Assembly: GCA_963665325.3 (NCBI GenBank)
Contig: OZ224045.1
Span: 1,440,001 to 1,504,000 of the forward strand
Direction of reading: 5' to 3'
From: Alphaproteobacteria bacterium
GTDB taxonomy: Bacteria > Pseudomonadota > Alphaproteobacteria > Bin95
Length of the DNA stretch: 64,000 nt
Below are positions 1-10,030 of the stretch, piece after piece. The position numbers and the translations under genes are program-made. Below the pieces are notes generated by a model. That model was not told the DNA's origin and did no database searches. It saw nothing but the letters and a program-made list of their open reading frames with translations. Every line of letters starts with the position of its first letter. Position 1 is the stretch's first letter.

Positions 1-366
1 ATCGGTGACCGCGTCCGGCAGCATGTCTCCGGGCGGCACGAGCTTCGACCAGTCGAGCTGGACGAACACGCCTTCCTCGCAGCCACGGACCAGTTCCGAA
101 GTCTCGACCTGCACCACATCCCAGGGGATTTGCCCGGTGTCCTGCATGGCCTGGAACTGGGCCCAGCCGCCGAGATAGACGTCTTCCAGGAAGGCGGTGC
201 CCGATTCCTGGCTGAACGGGGTGAAATAAACCTCGCGCTGGGCGTCCTGATAGCTGCCGCCCCAGCTGGCAATCGTGAAATCTCGGGCTTCAGCGGCCCC
301 GGAAAGCACGCCGAGCGCCGCGGCAACCGCGAAAAGGGGCCTGAAACTCCTCCCGATGGTTTTCAT
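1..366 (-). CDS. Polyamine/opine-type ABC transporter substrate-binding protein, N-terminal part (runs off window start)
   Basis: Manual translation from ATG at 366 (AGGAG RBS upstream): MKTIGRSFRPLFAVAAALGVLSGAAEARDFTIASWGGSYQDAQREVYFTPF...WDVVQVE...RGCEEG. Signal peptide plus the SWGG motif of PotD/PotF-like proteins; follows potABC-like genes. Confidence 0.85.
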   Translation of the reverse strand, partial: MKTIGRSFRPLFAVAAALGVLSGAAEARDFTIASWGGSYQDAQREVYFTPFSQESGTAFLEDVYLGGWAQFQAMQDTGQIPWDVVQVETSELVRGCEEGVFVQLDWSKLVPPGDMLPDAVTD

Positions 367-473
367 TGCTCCTCCTCCTTTCCGCCGCACAGGGCACCTT
401 GCTGATGGTCGCAATCTATCAGTGTCCTGCTCCGGGAAGCCTTGTGCAACCGGTTTCCTTCCGGCTGCGCCCC

Positions 474-1304
474 TCAGTCGGTGCGCGCGGAGCGCTGGCG
501 GGAGCTTCGCCATTGCAGCAGTTCCACAACGACGAGCAGGGCGATGGAGAAGGCGATCAGTATGGTTGCTATCGCCACGATGGAGGGATCGACCTGGTCG
601 CGGAGGCCAGTAAAGAGCTGGCGCGGCAGGGTAAGCTGGGCCGGACCGCTGACGAAGAGCGCCACGATAACCTCGTCCAGCGAGGTGACGAATGCGAAGA
701 CCGCGCCCGCCAGCACGCCCGGCAGGATGAGCGGCAGCGTCACCTGGAAGAAGGCCGCGAGCGGCCGCGCGCCCAAGCTCTCTGCAGCGCGCACGAGGTT
801 CCAGTCGAATCCCTTCAGCGTCGCCGACACGGTGATGACGACGAAGGGCACCGCCAGCACGACATGCGCGATTATGAGCCCGATATGCGTCTGCACGAGG
901 CCGACCCGCGCGAAGAAAAAGTAGAGGCCGAGCGCGGTGATGACGAGCGGCACTGCGAGCGGCGAGATCAGCAGGCCGAAGACGAACGGCTTTCCCGGGA
1001 AGTCGGCGCGGGTCAGGCCATAGGCCGCAAGCGTGCCGAGCGCCGTTGCAATAATCGTCACCGTGACGGCGACGATCAGGCTGTTTTCCAGCGCGAACAT
1101 CCAGGGGAAGGGCTCGACCACGGCGTCGTACCAGCGCATCGAAAAGCCGGGCAGGGGATAGCTGAGGAAGCTGCCCGAGCTGAAGGAGATCGGCACGATG
1201 ACGATGATCGGCCCGATCAGAAAGACGAAACCGAAGCCGCAGAAGAGCCGCAGGCACCAGTACCAGACATGCTGGCCGCGCGTGGCGTTGACGGGCATCG
1301 CCAT
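474..1304 (-). CDS. potC: Spermidine/putrescine-type ABC transporter permease (PotC-like)
   Basis: Hydrophobic helices, EAA-loop-like AAESLGA and FVTSLDEV; start MAMPVNAT at 1304. Confidence 0.85.
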   Translation of the reverse strand: MAMPVNATRGQHVWYWCLRLFCGFGFVFLIGPIIVIVPISFSSGSFLSYPLPGFSMRWYDAVVEPFPWMFALENSLIVAVTVTIIATALGTLAAYGLTRADFPGKPFVFGLLISPLAVPLVITALGLYFFFARVGLVQTHIGLIIAHVVLAVPFVVITVSATLKGFDWNLVRAAESLGARPLAAFFQVTLPLILPGVLAGAVFAFVTSLDEVIVALFVSGPAQLTLPRQLFTGLRDQVDPSIVAIATILIAFSIALLVVVELLQWRSSRQRSARTD

Positions 1305-1312
1305 CGGCCGGC

Positions 1313-2572
1313 CTAGCCGAGCCGGAGGCTGCCGCCGCGCACCAGCCCCCGATAGATCGGGTAGAGGGCGACCACGCTCAGCAGCAGCAGGATGGCGATG
1401 GCGCTGGCCATGCCCCAATTGCCGGTCCGGGTCGCGAACTCGGCAATCAGGTAGCTCAGCATCTGGTCGGACGCGCCGCCGATGAGGGCGGGCGTGATGT
1501 AGAAGCCCAGCGACAGGATGAACACCAGGATGCACCCGGCGCCGAGGCCGGGCAGGGTCTGCGGCAGATACACCGACAGGAACGCGGCCGGCGGCTTTGC
1601 GCCGAGCGAGGCGGCGGCGCGCATCTGGCTCGCCGGGATGTTCCGCATGACGGCGTAGAGCGGCAGAACCAGGAAGGGAAGCAGGATGTGGACCATGGCG
1701 ATATAGACGCCTGTCCGGTTGAATATCAGCGTCAGCGGTTCGTCGATGAAATCCATGTAAAGCAGGGAGTCATTGACGATGCCCTTGTTCTGGAGCAGCA
1801 CCACCCAGGCGGCCGTGCGCACCAGGAGCGATGTCCAGAAGGGCAGCAGTACCAGCACCAGCAGGAAGCGCGACCAGCGCTTTTCGGATGTGGCGATGAG
1901 GAAGGCCATCGGGTAGCCGATGGCGATGCAAAAGGCCAGCACCCAGAAGCTGATCCAGAACGTGCGTTTCAGATAGTCGATATAGATGGTGCGCTCAGGT
2001 GGAGCGGCGCCGATGCTGCCGTCCCACCGCCTTTGGAGGTCGACGGCCGCCAGCAGGTAGCGGGTAGTGTAGGGCCCGGCTGAGGCTTTGATCGCGCGCC
2101 AATAGGTAATGTCGCCCCAGCGCTTGTCGAGCCCGATCAGGGCCTCCTTGTAGGGCGGTCCCTCAATGCGGCTTATCTTGCGCCCGGTGCGCATGACCAT
2201 GCTGCGAAAGCCGCTGATCTCGTAGTTGAGCCGCATGGCGGCCGCCGCAACCGTTCGGTTCGAATAGCCGGTGCGGATTTCCTCGACCACGGTGGCGAAG
2301 GCCTCTTCGCCCGGCAATTCGGCCCCGTCCCACTCGGCCACGGTCTCTGCGGTCAGGGGCATGACCTCGGCGAGTTTCGGGTCGTCCACGCTGAAATAGA
2401 GCAGCGAGAGGATCGGGCCCGCAAACACCACGACGATGAACAGAAGCAGGGGCGCGACAAGCAGGAAGGCGTTGAGCGAGCGGCGCCGCTCGGCGCGTCT
2501 GAGCTTTATCTCCAGGCTACGGTCTGCGGGACCGGCCTTTCCTTCACCCGCGAATCCGGCAGGCGCGTTCAT
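1313..2572 (-). CDS. potB: Spermidine/putrescine-type ABC transporter permease (PotB-like, long periplasmic loop)
   Basis: LLPFWTSLLVRT, AAASLGA and LGFYITPALIGG motifs. Confidence 0.85.
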   Translation of the reverse strand: MNAPAGFAGEGKAGPADRSLEIKLRRAERRRSLNAFLLVAPLLLFIVVVFAGPILSLLYFSVDDPKLAEVMPLTAETVAEWDGAELPGEEAFATVVEEIRTGYSNRTVAAAAMRLNYEISGFRSMVMRTGRKISRIEGPPYKEALIGLDKRWGDITYWRAIKASAGPYTTRYLLAAVDLQRRWDGSIGAAPPERTIYIDYLKRTFWISFWVLAFCIAIGYPMAFLIATSEKRWSRFLLVLVLLPFWTSLLVRTAAWVVLLQNKGIVNDSLLYMDFIDEPLTLIFNRTGVYIAMVHILLPFLVLPLYAVMRNIPASQMRAAASLGAKPPAAFLSVYLPQTLPGLGAGCILVFILSLGFYITPALIGGASDQMLSYLIAEFATRTGNWGMASAIAILLLLSVVALYPIYRGLVRGGSLRLG

Positions 2573-3663
2573 TCCGGAGCCAGCACGCGGCAGTGCTTCG
2601 GAGACCAGCCGACCTCGACCGTCTCGCCCGGCGCGAGGGCATCGCTGCGGGTGCTGGCGGGGGCAAGCGCGATGATGTCGTCCCGCCCCGTCATCGCCAG
2701 CCGCACGCGGTTATGCGCGCCGAAATAGATCACCTCGACAACGGTGGCGCCGAACCGGTTTGCAACGTCGTCGGCATCCGGGTCGATGACCAGACGTTCC
2801 GGACGCAGGGACAGCACCGCTGCATCTCCCTTCGCGCGCGGGGTTGCGGAGCGCGCACGGACGACATCGCCGTTTGACAGCCGGACGGCGCATTCCGAGC
2901 CGCTCATGCTCTCGATCCGGCCTTCGAAGCTGTTGTTTTCGCCTACGAAATTGGCAACGAATGCGTTGGCGGGCTCCTCATATACCTCATGCGGCGAGCC
3001 GACCTGCTGGATGAGCCCTTCATTCATGATCGCCACCCGGTCGGACATGGTCAGCGCCTCGCCCTGATCGTGTGTGACATAGGCAACGGTCATGCCGAGC
3101 TCTTCGTGCAGATGCTTGATCTCGATCTGCATCTGCTCGCGAAGCTTCTTGTCGAGCGCGCCCAGCGGCTCGTCCATCAGCACGATCTCTGGCTCGAAGA
3201 CGAGCGCTCTTGCGAGCGCGACGCGCTGCTGCTGTCCCCCGGAGAGCTGGTTGGGGCGCCGGTCGTCGAGGCCCGACAGGTCCACCATGCGCAGCGCCGC
3301 CTCGACTTTCTGGCGGATCGCTTGCTTGGAATTGCGGCGCTGGACTAGCGGGAAGGCGACATTCTGGAAGACCGACTTGTGCGGGAAGAGGGCGTAGTTC
3401 TGGAACACGATGCCCATGTTCCGCCGGAAAGGCGGCACATTGCGCAGCGAGCGGTCGTTGAGGGCGATGTCACCGGCCGTCACCGCCTCGAAGCCGGCAA
3501 GCATCAGCAATATGGTCGTCTTGCCCGAGCCGGACGGGCCAAGCAGCGTCAGGAACTCGCCCCTGCAGATTTCGAGGTTGAGGCGGTCCACGACATTGAC
3601 GCGACCGTCATAGGTCTTCTCGACATCCCGGAACCGGACGAGGACTTCGGGCTCGGGCGCCAC
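2569..3663 (-). CDS. potA: Polyamine ABC transporter ATP-binding protein with C-terminal TOBE domain
   Basis: Walker A GPSGSGKT, VFQNYALFPH, LSGGQQQR, MDEPLGALD. Confidence 0.9.
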   Translation of the reverse strand: MAPEPEVLVRFRDVEKTYDGRVNVVDRLNLEICRGEFLTLLGPSGSGKTTILLMLAGFEAVTAGDIALNDRSLRNVPPFRRNMGIVFQNYALFPHKSVFQNVAFPLVQRRNSKQAIRQKVEAALRMVDLSGLDDRRPNQLSGGQQQRVALARALVFEPEIVLMDEPLGALDKKLREQMQIEIKHLHEELGMTVAYVTHDQGEALTMSDRVAIMNEGLIQQVGSPHEVYEEPANAFVANFVGENNSFEGRIESMSGSECAVRLSNGDVVRARSATPRAKGDAAVLSLRPERLVIDPDADDVANRFGATVVEVIYFGAHNRVRLAMTGRDDIIALAPASTRSDALAPGETVEVGWSPKHCRVLAPE

Positions 3664-3818
3664 TTCTAGCGGCGCTCCCGGCCCGCTCCGTCAGCCGCGC
3701 TTCGGGTGCGAAAACCTGCAAGGCGGGCCGCGCGGCCGGAGAGGCCGCCCCGCCGCAGGCAGGAGAGCGGCAGCCCGGCTGGCGACCCTAATGACAAGGC
3801 GTTGCAGCCTTGCCGGGG

Positions 3819-5207
3819 TTATGCAACCGCCTTGCCCTGTCTCGTCAGCAGGTCGAGCCCCTCGTCGAGCGCCTTGGCGTAGCGGTCGAACATGTCGTCG
3901 ATTTCGCTCTTCGCGATAATCAGGGGCGGGGAAAAGCACATCGCATCCCCGACCGGCCGCGTGATCAGCCCGTGCTCCGCGCACAGGTTGTTGACCAGCG
4001 CGCCGACGCCGTCGGATGCCGCGAACGCCTCCCGGGTTGCCTTGTCCTTGACCAGCTCGGTCGCCCCGACCAGTCCGACGCCGCGAACTTCGCCGACCAG
4101 GGGATGGTCGGTAAAGCCGCGCAGGCGTTCCTGGAAGTGCGGCGCCACGCTGCGGACATGGCCCAGCATGTCGGTTTCCTCGTAGATCTTGAGCGTCTCG
4201 AGGGCGACGGCCGCGGCCACCGGATGCCCGGAATAGGTGTAGCCGTGCCCAAACACGCCCATCTTGGCGCTTGCATCCGCGATGGCCTGATAGACTTGAT
4301 CGCTGATCATCGTGGCCGAGATCGGCACGTAGCTCGACGACAGCGCCTTGGCACAGGTGAGGATGTCGGGCTCGATACCGTAAGTCTGGGACCCCCAGAA
4401 ATTACCGGTCCGGCAGAAGCCGCAGATCACCTCGTCGGCGACGAACAGCACGTCGTGCTTGCGGAGCACGGCCTGCATCTTCTCGAAATAGGTGGCCGGC
4501 GGCACGATGACCCCGCCGGCACCCATGACCGGCTCGGCGAAGAAGGCAGCCACCGTTTCGGGCCCTTCGGCCTCGATCAGCGCATCAAGTTCCTCCGCCA
4601 TCCGCGTCGCGAAATCCTCTTCGCTCTCGCCTTCCTGCCCGGCACGGTAGTAGTGCGGATTGCCGGTGTGGATGAACCGGTCAAGCGGCGCATCGAAACC
4701 GGAATGGTTGAGCGAGCGGCCGGTCAGGCTGGCTGCCGCCAGCGTGATGCCGTGATAGCCGTTGACGCGTCCGACGATCTTCTTCTTCTGGTGACGGCCG
4801 CGGGCATTGTTGTAGTACCAGATGATCTTGATCGCGGTGTCGTTCGCCTCGGACCCGGAGTTGTTGAAGAACACCTTGGAGACCGAGGTCGGCGCGAGGC
4901 CCATCAGCTTCTCGGCGAGGTCGATGCCGGGAAGATGCGATTTCTGCCCGAACTGGTGGTAGTAGGGCAGTGTCTCCATCTGCTTTACGGCAGCGGCGAT
5001 AAGGCGCTTGTGCTGGAAGCCGAGTGAGGTGGACCAGAGGCCCGCCATGGCCTCGATATACTGCTTGCCGGCCGTATCCCAGACATAGACGCCTTCGCCG
5101 CGCTCGATGACCATCGGCCCCTGTTCTTCGTGCTGGCGGAAGTTCGTGTAAGGGTGAAGCAGATACGCGACATCGCGCGCTTCCGGTGAATTCGGCTGCA
5201 ATGGCAT
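3819..5207 (-). CDS. Class III PLP-dependent (omega-amine:pyruvate-type) aminotransferase
   Basis: SGSEAND, GYHG, FFAEPVMGAGG, DEVICGF and AKAL (PLP lysine); start MPLQPN at 5207. Confidence 0.9.
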   Translation of the reverse strand: MPLQPNSPEARDVAYLLHPYTNFRQHEEQGPMVIERGEGVYVWDTAGKQYIEAMAGLWSTSLGFQHKRLIAAAVKQMETLPYYHQFGQKSHLPGIDLAEKLMGLAPTSVSKVFFNNSGSEANDTAIKIIWYYNNARGRHQKKKIVGRVNGYHGITLAAASLTGRSLNHSGFDAPLDRFIHTGNPHYYRAGQEGESEEDFATRMAEELDALIEAEGPETVAAFFAEPVMGAGGVIVPPATYFEKMQAVLRKHDVLFVADEVICGFCRTGNFWGSQTYGIEPDILTCAKALSSSYVPISATMISDQVYQAIADASAKMGVFGHGYTYSGHPVAAAVALETLKIYEETDMLGHVRSVAPHFQERLRGFTDHPLVGEVRGVGLVGATELVKDKATREAFAASDGVGALVNNLCAEHGLITRPVGDAMCFSPPLIIAKSEIDDMFDRYAKALDEGLDLLTRQGKAVA

Positions 5208-5529
5208 GGGACGGCCTCCGGGGACGCTGGTGGCGAGGGGAAGCCATAGTCTAGCACCCTGCGGCGGCCCGTCCCAAGTTCCTTTGTGGGCGGGCTCCGG
5301 TTCGTTTGCAGGAGTCTGGTGCGGCCGGCCGCGCCATTCGACACGCGGCCAATCGTTGCGTTGACAGGGTCGCCAGTTGGTGCATGGTCTCCGCACGCCG
5401 ACAGGAGGCCCGTTCGTTGCCGACCGTTGGCATCTGGGCTGCGCCGCCATTGCGCGCCGGATGCGAACCTGCGGGACCGGGAACGACAGCGGACCCTCCA
5501 GCCGGACACCAATCAGGGAGAAGACAAAA

Positions 5530-7068
5530 ATGAGTTTCAGGAAACTTGCGGGCGTGGCGGTGTCGATCGCCGGCGCCGCAATGATCGCAACCTCGGCCAA
5601 CGCGGGGCCCGACGACGACTCGCTGATCGTCGCGTGGGGTTCGACCGGCCCCATTGAGAACGTGGACAACTATTTCAACACCAACCGGACCGGCATCTGG
5701 TTCAGCCGCATGGTCTGGGACCAGCTCATCTATCGCGAGCCGAAGACCTTCGAGTTCAAGCCGCTTCTGGCGACGAGCTGGGAACTGCTCAACGACACGA
5801 CCTGGCAATTCAAGCTGCGCGAGGGCGTCAAATTCCATAACGGCGAGCCGTTCGACGCCGATGACGTGGTCTTCACCATGAATTGGATCTCGAACCCGGA
5901 CAACGGCGTCAAGGTGCAGCGAAACGTCAACTGGATCGACCGGGCTGAGAAGGTAGACCAGTACACCGTCAACCTGCACATGAAGAAGCCGTTCCCGCAG
6001 GCTTTCGAGTTTCTGTCGGGGCCGCTGACGATCTATCCCAACGAGTATTACGCCGAAGTCGGCCCGCAGGGCATGGGCCAGAAACCGGTCGGCACGGGCC
6101 CGATGAAGGTCGTTTCGATCAAGACCGCTGAGGAATATGTCTTCGAGAAGAACGAGGACTACACCTGGGGCAGTCCGAAGGGCGGGGCGCAGGTCTCGAA
6201 GATGGTCGTGCGCGAGATTGCCGATGTGCAGACTCAGATTGCCGAACTGCTGGCGGGCGGCATCGACGTGACCGCCGATATTTCGGCCGACCATGTGGAC
6301 CAGATCGGCCAGGTGCCGGGCTACAACGCCCTCCAGGCCGGCACGATGCGAACGGGCTATATCGGTTTCGACGCCGCTGGCCGCGGCAATTTCGAGCCGA
6401 CCACGAAGCTCAAGGTCCGCCAGGCGATGGCTCACGCGATCGACCGCGCGTCGCTCGTCAAGAACCTGATCCGGGGCGACGCCGGCGTCATTCATACGCC
6501 TTGCTTCCCGACCCAGTTCGGCTGCGATGCCGAGGCGGCGGTCAAATACGAATTCGACCCCGAGAAGGCCAAGATGCTTCTCGCCGAGGCCGGCTATCCC
6601 GACGGGTTCGAAATCGGTTTCTACACCTTCCGTCCCGCGGACTGGGCCGAAGCGATCATGGGTGACCTGGCCAAGGTCGGAATTAAGGCGACGCTGACCA
6701 AGATGCCCTACTTCGCGCTGCGCGACAAACAGCGCAATGAGGGCACGACGCCGATGTTCCTGATGGACTGGGGCTCCTATTCGATGAACGACATGTCGGC
6801 GATCACCAGCCACTTCTTCAAGAAGGGGCCGGACGATTTCGCGCTCGACGACGAGGTGGCCGCGTGGCTCGAAGAGGGCGACACGAACTCGGACCCGGAG
6901 GTGCGGAAGGCCGCCTACCGCAAGGCGGTAGAGAAGATCACCCGCGAGGTCTACTGGCTGCCGATGTTCAACCATGTCCGCAACTACGCCTATCGCGAGG
7001 AGCTGAACTTCATCCCCTACCAGGATGAGATTCCGCGCTTCTGGCAGTATGGCTGGGCAAGCAGCTAA
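5530..7068 (+). CDS. Peptide/nickel ABC transporter substrate-binding protein (family 5)
   Basis: Signal peptide; PLLATSW...FKLREGVKFHNGEPFDADDV; GTGP; AKMLLAEAGY. Confidence 0.9.
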   Translation: MSFRKLAGVAVSIAGAAMIATSANAGPDDDSLIVAWGSTGPIENVDNYFNTNRTGIWFSRMVWDQLIYREPKTFEFKPLLATSWELLNDTTWQFKLREGVKFHNGEPFDADDVVFTMNWISNPDNGVKVQRNVNWIDRAEKVDQYTVNLHMKKPFPQAFEFLSGPLTIYPNEYYAEVGPQGMGQKPVGTGPMKVVSIKTAEEYVFEKNEDYTWGSPKGGAQVSKMVVREIADVQTQIAELLAGGIDVTADISADHVDQIGQVPGYNALQAGTMRTGYIGFDAAGRGNFEPTTKLKVRQAMAHAIDRASLVKNLIRGDAGVIHTPCFPTQFGCDAEAAVKYEFDPEKAKMLLAEAGYPDGFEIGFYTFRPADWAEAIMGDLAKVGIKATLTKMPYFALRDKQRNEGTTPMFLMDWGSYSMNDMSAITSHFFKKGPDDFALDDEVAAWLEEGDTNSDPEVRKAAYRKAVEKITREVYWLPMFNHVRNYAYREELNFIPYQDEIPRFWQYGWASS

Positions 7069-7101
7069 CGGCGCCTCGCCCTCGCAAGGGGGCAGCGACA
7101 G

Positions 7102-7130
7102 GGCAGGGCGGGCCGTGCTCCCGCCCTGCC
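7102..7130 (+). terminator. GC-rich stem-loop after the substrate-binding gene (mRNA-stabilising or attenuating hairpin)
   Basis: GGCAGGGCGGG-N7-CCCGCCCTGCC, perfect 11-bp stem; no strong U-tract. Confidence 0.5.
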
Positions 7131-7158
7131 GTTCCTTCGACCGTCGGAGAGCGGCGGA

Positions 7159-8076
7159 ATGCCTGCCTACACGCTCAAGCGGACCTTCGTTGCGTTCCTG
7201 ATCCTGATCGTCGTGTCGGGGCTGACCTTCTCGCTCAGCCATCTCTCGGCCGATCCGGCGCTGACCATTGGCGGCGAGCAGGCGAGCGAGGAGGACATCC
7301 AGGCGATCCGCAAGCTCTATGGCTTCGACCGGCCCGTCCATGTGCAGTATTTCGACTGGCTGGGCCGCGCCCTCTCCGGCGATTTCGGCGAGAGCTACCA
7401 CTACAAGCAGCGCGTCTTCGACATGGTCTCCGAACGGATCGGCCGGACGATGCTTCTCGGCACGCTGGCGATTTTGTTCGCGCTGGTTGTCTCGATCCCA
7501 CTCGGGACGCTGGCGGCCATGTGGCCCAATTCGATCGTTGACCGGGTCGCATTATTCATTGCGGTTCTCGGGCAGGCGCTGCCGACCTTCTGGTTCGCGC
7601 TGATGATGATTATCGTCTTCGGCGTCTGGTGGCGCTGGCTGCCGATTTCCGGCCATACGCAGTGGGCCAACTATGTCATGCCCACCATCGCGCTCGGTTA
7701 CTATGCGACGCCTGCGCTGATGCGCCTGACCCGCGCCGGCATGATCGAGGTGCTGGCCTCCGACTATATTCGCACCGCGCGCGCGAAGGGGCTCAGTCCG
7801 GGCTCGGTGCTCTTCAAGCATGCGCTCAGGAACGCGATCATCCCGGTGGTCGCGCTGGCGGCCGTGTGGTTCGGATTCATGCTCGGCGGTTCGATCGTCA
7901 TCGAGACGATCTTCAATCTCAAGGGCATCGGCTGGCTCTCTTACGACGCACTGTTGCGATCGGACCTGCCGGTCGTGCAGGCGATCGTGCTGGTCTTCGC
8001 TTCCTTCTATGTGGTGCTAACGCTGCTGGCCGACCTGCTCAACGCCTATCTCGACCCGCGAATCTCGGTGCGCTGA
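7159..8076 (+). CDS. Peptide ABC transporter permease (DppB/OppB-like)
   Basis: DYIRTARAKGL EAA loop; GGSIVIETIF; YLDPRI. Confidence 0.9.
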   Translation: MPAYTLKRTFVAFLILIVVSGLTFSLSHLSADPALTIGGEQASEEDIQAIRKLYGFDRPVHVQYFDWLGRALSGDFGESYHYKQRVFDMVSERIGRTMLLGTLAILFALVVSIPLGTLAAMWPNSIVDRVALFIAVLGQALPTFWFALMMIIVFGVWWRWLPISGHTQWANYVMPTIALGYYATPALMRLTRAGMIEVLASDYIRTARAKGLSPGSVLFKHALRNAIIPVVALAAVWFGFMLGGSIVIETIFNLKGIGWLSYDALLRSDLPVVQAIVLVFASFYVVLTLLADLLNAYLDPRISVR

Positions 8077-8085
8077 GGTATTGCC

Positions 8086-9012
8086 ATGACCAGTACCGAC
8101 GCCGCCAGACCCCTCGTATTCCGACAGCGGCAGACGGCCGAGGAAATCCTCGAGCCCTCGCCCTGGTCCAAGCTCCGCCGGCGCATTCTCGGGAACCACA
8201 GCTTCCTGATCGGCGCGATCATCCTCGCCTCGATCTTCGCGGTGGCGATCCTTGCACCCCTGCTCGCGCCGCACGATCCCTACGACCAGGACCTTGCGAA
8301 GCGCCTGACCAACCCGTTCTGGCATGAAAAGAAGATTGATCCGGAGCATATTCTCGGCACCGACAAGGTGGGCCGGGACTATCTCGCACGGCTCATCTAC
8401 GGCAGCCAGATTTCGCTGCTGATCGGCTTCTCGACCATGCTGATCTCAGGTGTCATCGGCACGGTGCTGGGGGTGACGGCGGGCTATTTCGGCGGCCGGG
8501 TCGATATGGTGGTGAACTTCATTATCAACACGCGACTCGCGATGCCGGTCTTCCTGGTCGCGATGGCGGCCGTCGTGGCCTTCGGTGCGTCGCTGACCGT
8601 TGTGATTCTCGTTCTCGGGCTCTTTCTCTGGGACCGCTTCGCCGTGGTGATGCGGAGCATCACCATGCAGGCCCGCGACCTCGACTATGTGAAGGCCGCG
8701 CGAGCCATGGGCTGTTCGACGCCCTATATCATCGTGCGCGAGATCTTTCCGAACGTGCTCTCATCGCTGACCGTTGTCGCAACCGTCGAGATGGCGAACG
8801 CCATTCTGCTCGAAGCCGCGCTCTCCTTCCTCGGTTTCGGCGTCCAGGCGCCGACGCCGAGCTGGGGCCTGATGCTGAACGAGGGGCGCGAATACATGTT
8901 CTTTTCGCCCTGGCTCCTGGCATTGCCCGGCGTCTGCCTCTTCATGCTGGTTCTGGCGATTAACCTGTTCGGCGACGGGTTGCGGGATGTGACGCGCGAA
9001 CGGGACCGCTGA
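8086..9012 (+). CDS. Peptide ABC transporter permease (DppC/OppC-like)
   Basis: HILGTDKVGRD; EAALSFLGFG; PSWGLML; GDGLRD. Confidence 0.9.
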   Translation: MTSTDAARPLVFRQRQTAEEILEPSPWSKLRRRILGNHSFLIGAIILASIFAVAILAPLLAPHDPYDQDLAKRLTNPFWHEKKIDPEHILGTDKVGRDYLARLIYGSQISLLIGFSTMLISGVIGTVLGVTAGYFGGRVDMVVNFIINTRLAMPVFLVAMAAVVAFGASLTVVILVLGLFLWDRFAVVMRSITMQARDLDYVKAARAMGCSTPYIIVREIFPNVLSSLTVVATVEMANAILLEAALSFLGFGVQAPTPSWGLMLNEGREYMFFSPWLLALPGVCLFMLVLAINLFGDGLRDVTRERDR

Positions 9013-9013
9013 G

Positions 9014-10030
9014 ATGGCGCCCGGAAATATCCTCGAAGTCGAGAACCTCCGTGTCGATATCCCCGTGGCGTCCGGGATGTTGCATCCCGTGCGCGGCATC
9101 GACTTTTCGGTATCGCGCGGCGAGACCCTTTGCATCGTCGGCGAGTCCGGTTGCGGCAAGTCGCTGACCTCGCTCGCGGTCATGGGGCTTCTGCCGAAGA
9201 CCGCCCGGCGCACCGCCGCCCGGATGGATTTTCTCGGACACGATATCCGCACTTTGCGCGAACGCGAGATGGCGCGTCTGCGCGGCGGGTCGATATCGAT
9301 GATCTTCCAGGAACCGATGACCTCGCTCAATCCGTCCTACACTATTGGCAACCAGCTGGCGGAGGTCTATCTGCGCCATGTCGAGCAGAGTCGCTCGGCC
9401 GCGCGCGACCGGGCGGTCTTCCTTCTCGAGAAGGTGGGCATTTCTTCGGCCGGCTCGCGCCTCGGCCAGTATCCGCACCAGCTGTCGGGCGGGCAGCGCC
9501 AGCGCGTGATGATCGCCATGGCATTGATGTGCGGGCCAGAACTCATCATCGCCGACGAGCCGACCACCGCACTCGATGTCACCATCCAGGCCCAGATTCT
9601 CCATGTCCTGGCCGATCTGCAGCACGAGTTTGAGATGGGCATGATTCTCATCACCCACGACCTCGGCATCGTTGCGCGCGTCGCCGACAAGGTGCAGGTG
9701 ATGTATGCAGGCAAGACGGTCGAGGAAGGCCCGTGCGAGGCGGTTTTCGATGCGCCGATGCATCCCTATACGCAAGGGTTGCTTCGCTGCATCCCGATTC
9801 CCGGCAAGACGCAACGCGGCGAGCGTCTCGGTTCGGTGCCCGGTATCGTGCCGAACCTCGTCGGAGAGCTCTCGGGCTGCATGTTCCGGAACCGCTGCGA
9901 ATACGCTTCCGAGGCTTGCGCAGAAATGAGGGATGAGCCGACGCGCATGGGCGACGGCCACGCCTATACTTGCCTGCGCGCGCCGGAAGAGATTGTGGGC
10001 GAACGGCAGGGCGCCGGGGGGGTGCTGTGA
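9014..10030 (+). CDS. Peptide ABC transporter ATP-binding protein (DppD-like)
   Basis: [36 protein letters not shown]. Confidence 0.9.
   Translation: MAPGNILEVENLRVDIPVASGMLHPVRGIDFSVSRGETLCIVGESGCGKSLTSLAVMGLLPKTARRTAARMDFLGHDIRTLREREMARLRGGSISMIFQEPMTSLNPSYTIGNQLAEVYLRHVEQSRSAARDRAVFLLEKVGISSAGSRLGQYPHQLSGGQRQRVMIAMALMCGPELIIADEPTTALDVTIQAQILHVLADLQHEFEMGMILITHDLGIVARVADKVQVMYAGKTVEEGPCEAVFDAPMHPYTQGLLRCIPIPGKTQRGERLGSVPGIVPNLVGELSGCMFRNRCEYASEACAEMRDEPTRMGDGHAYTCLRAPEEIVGERQGAGGVL

Noticed and set aside
5251-7401. Long antisense ORFs (also 28140-30806, 32444-34432, 54862-56463 and others)
   Set aside because: Shadow frames opposite well-supported genes, expected in high-GC DNA; no recognisable motifs
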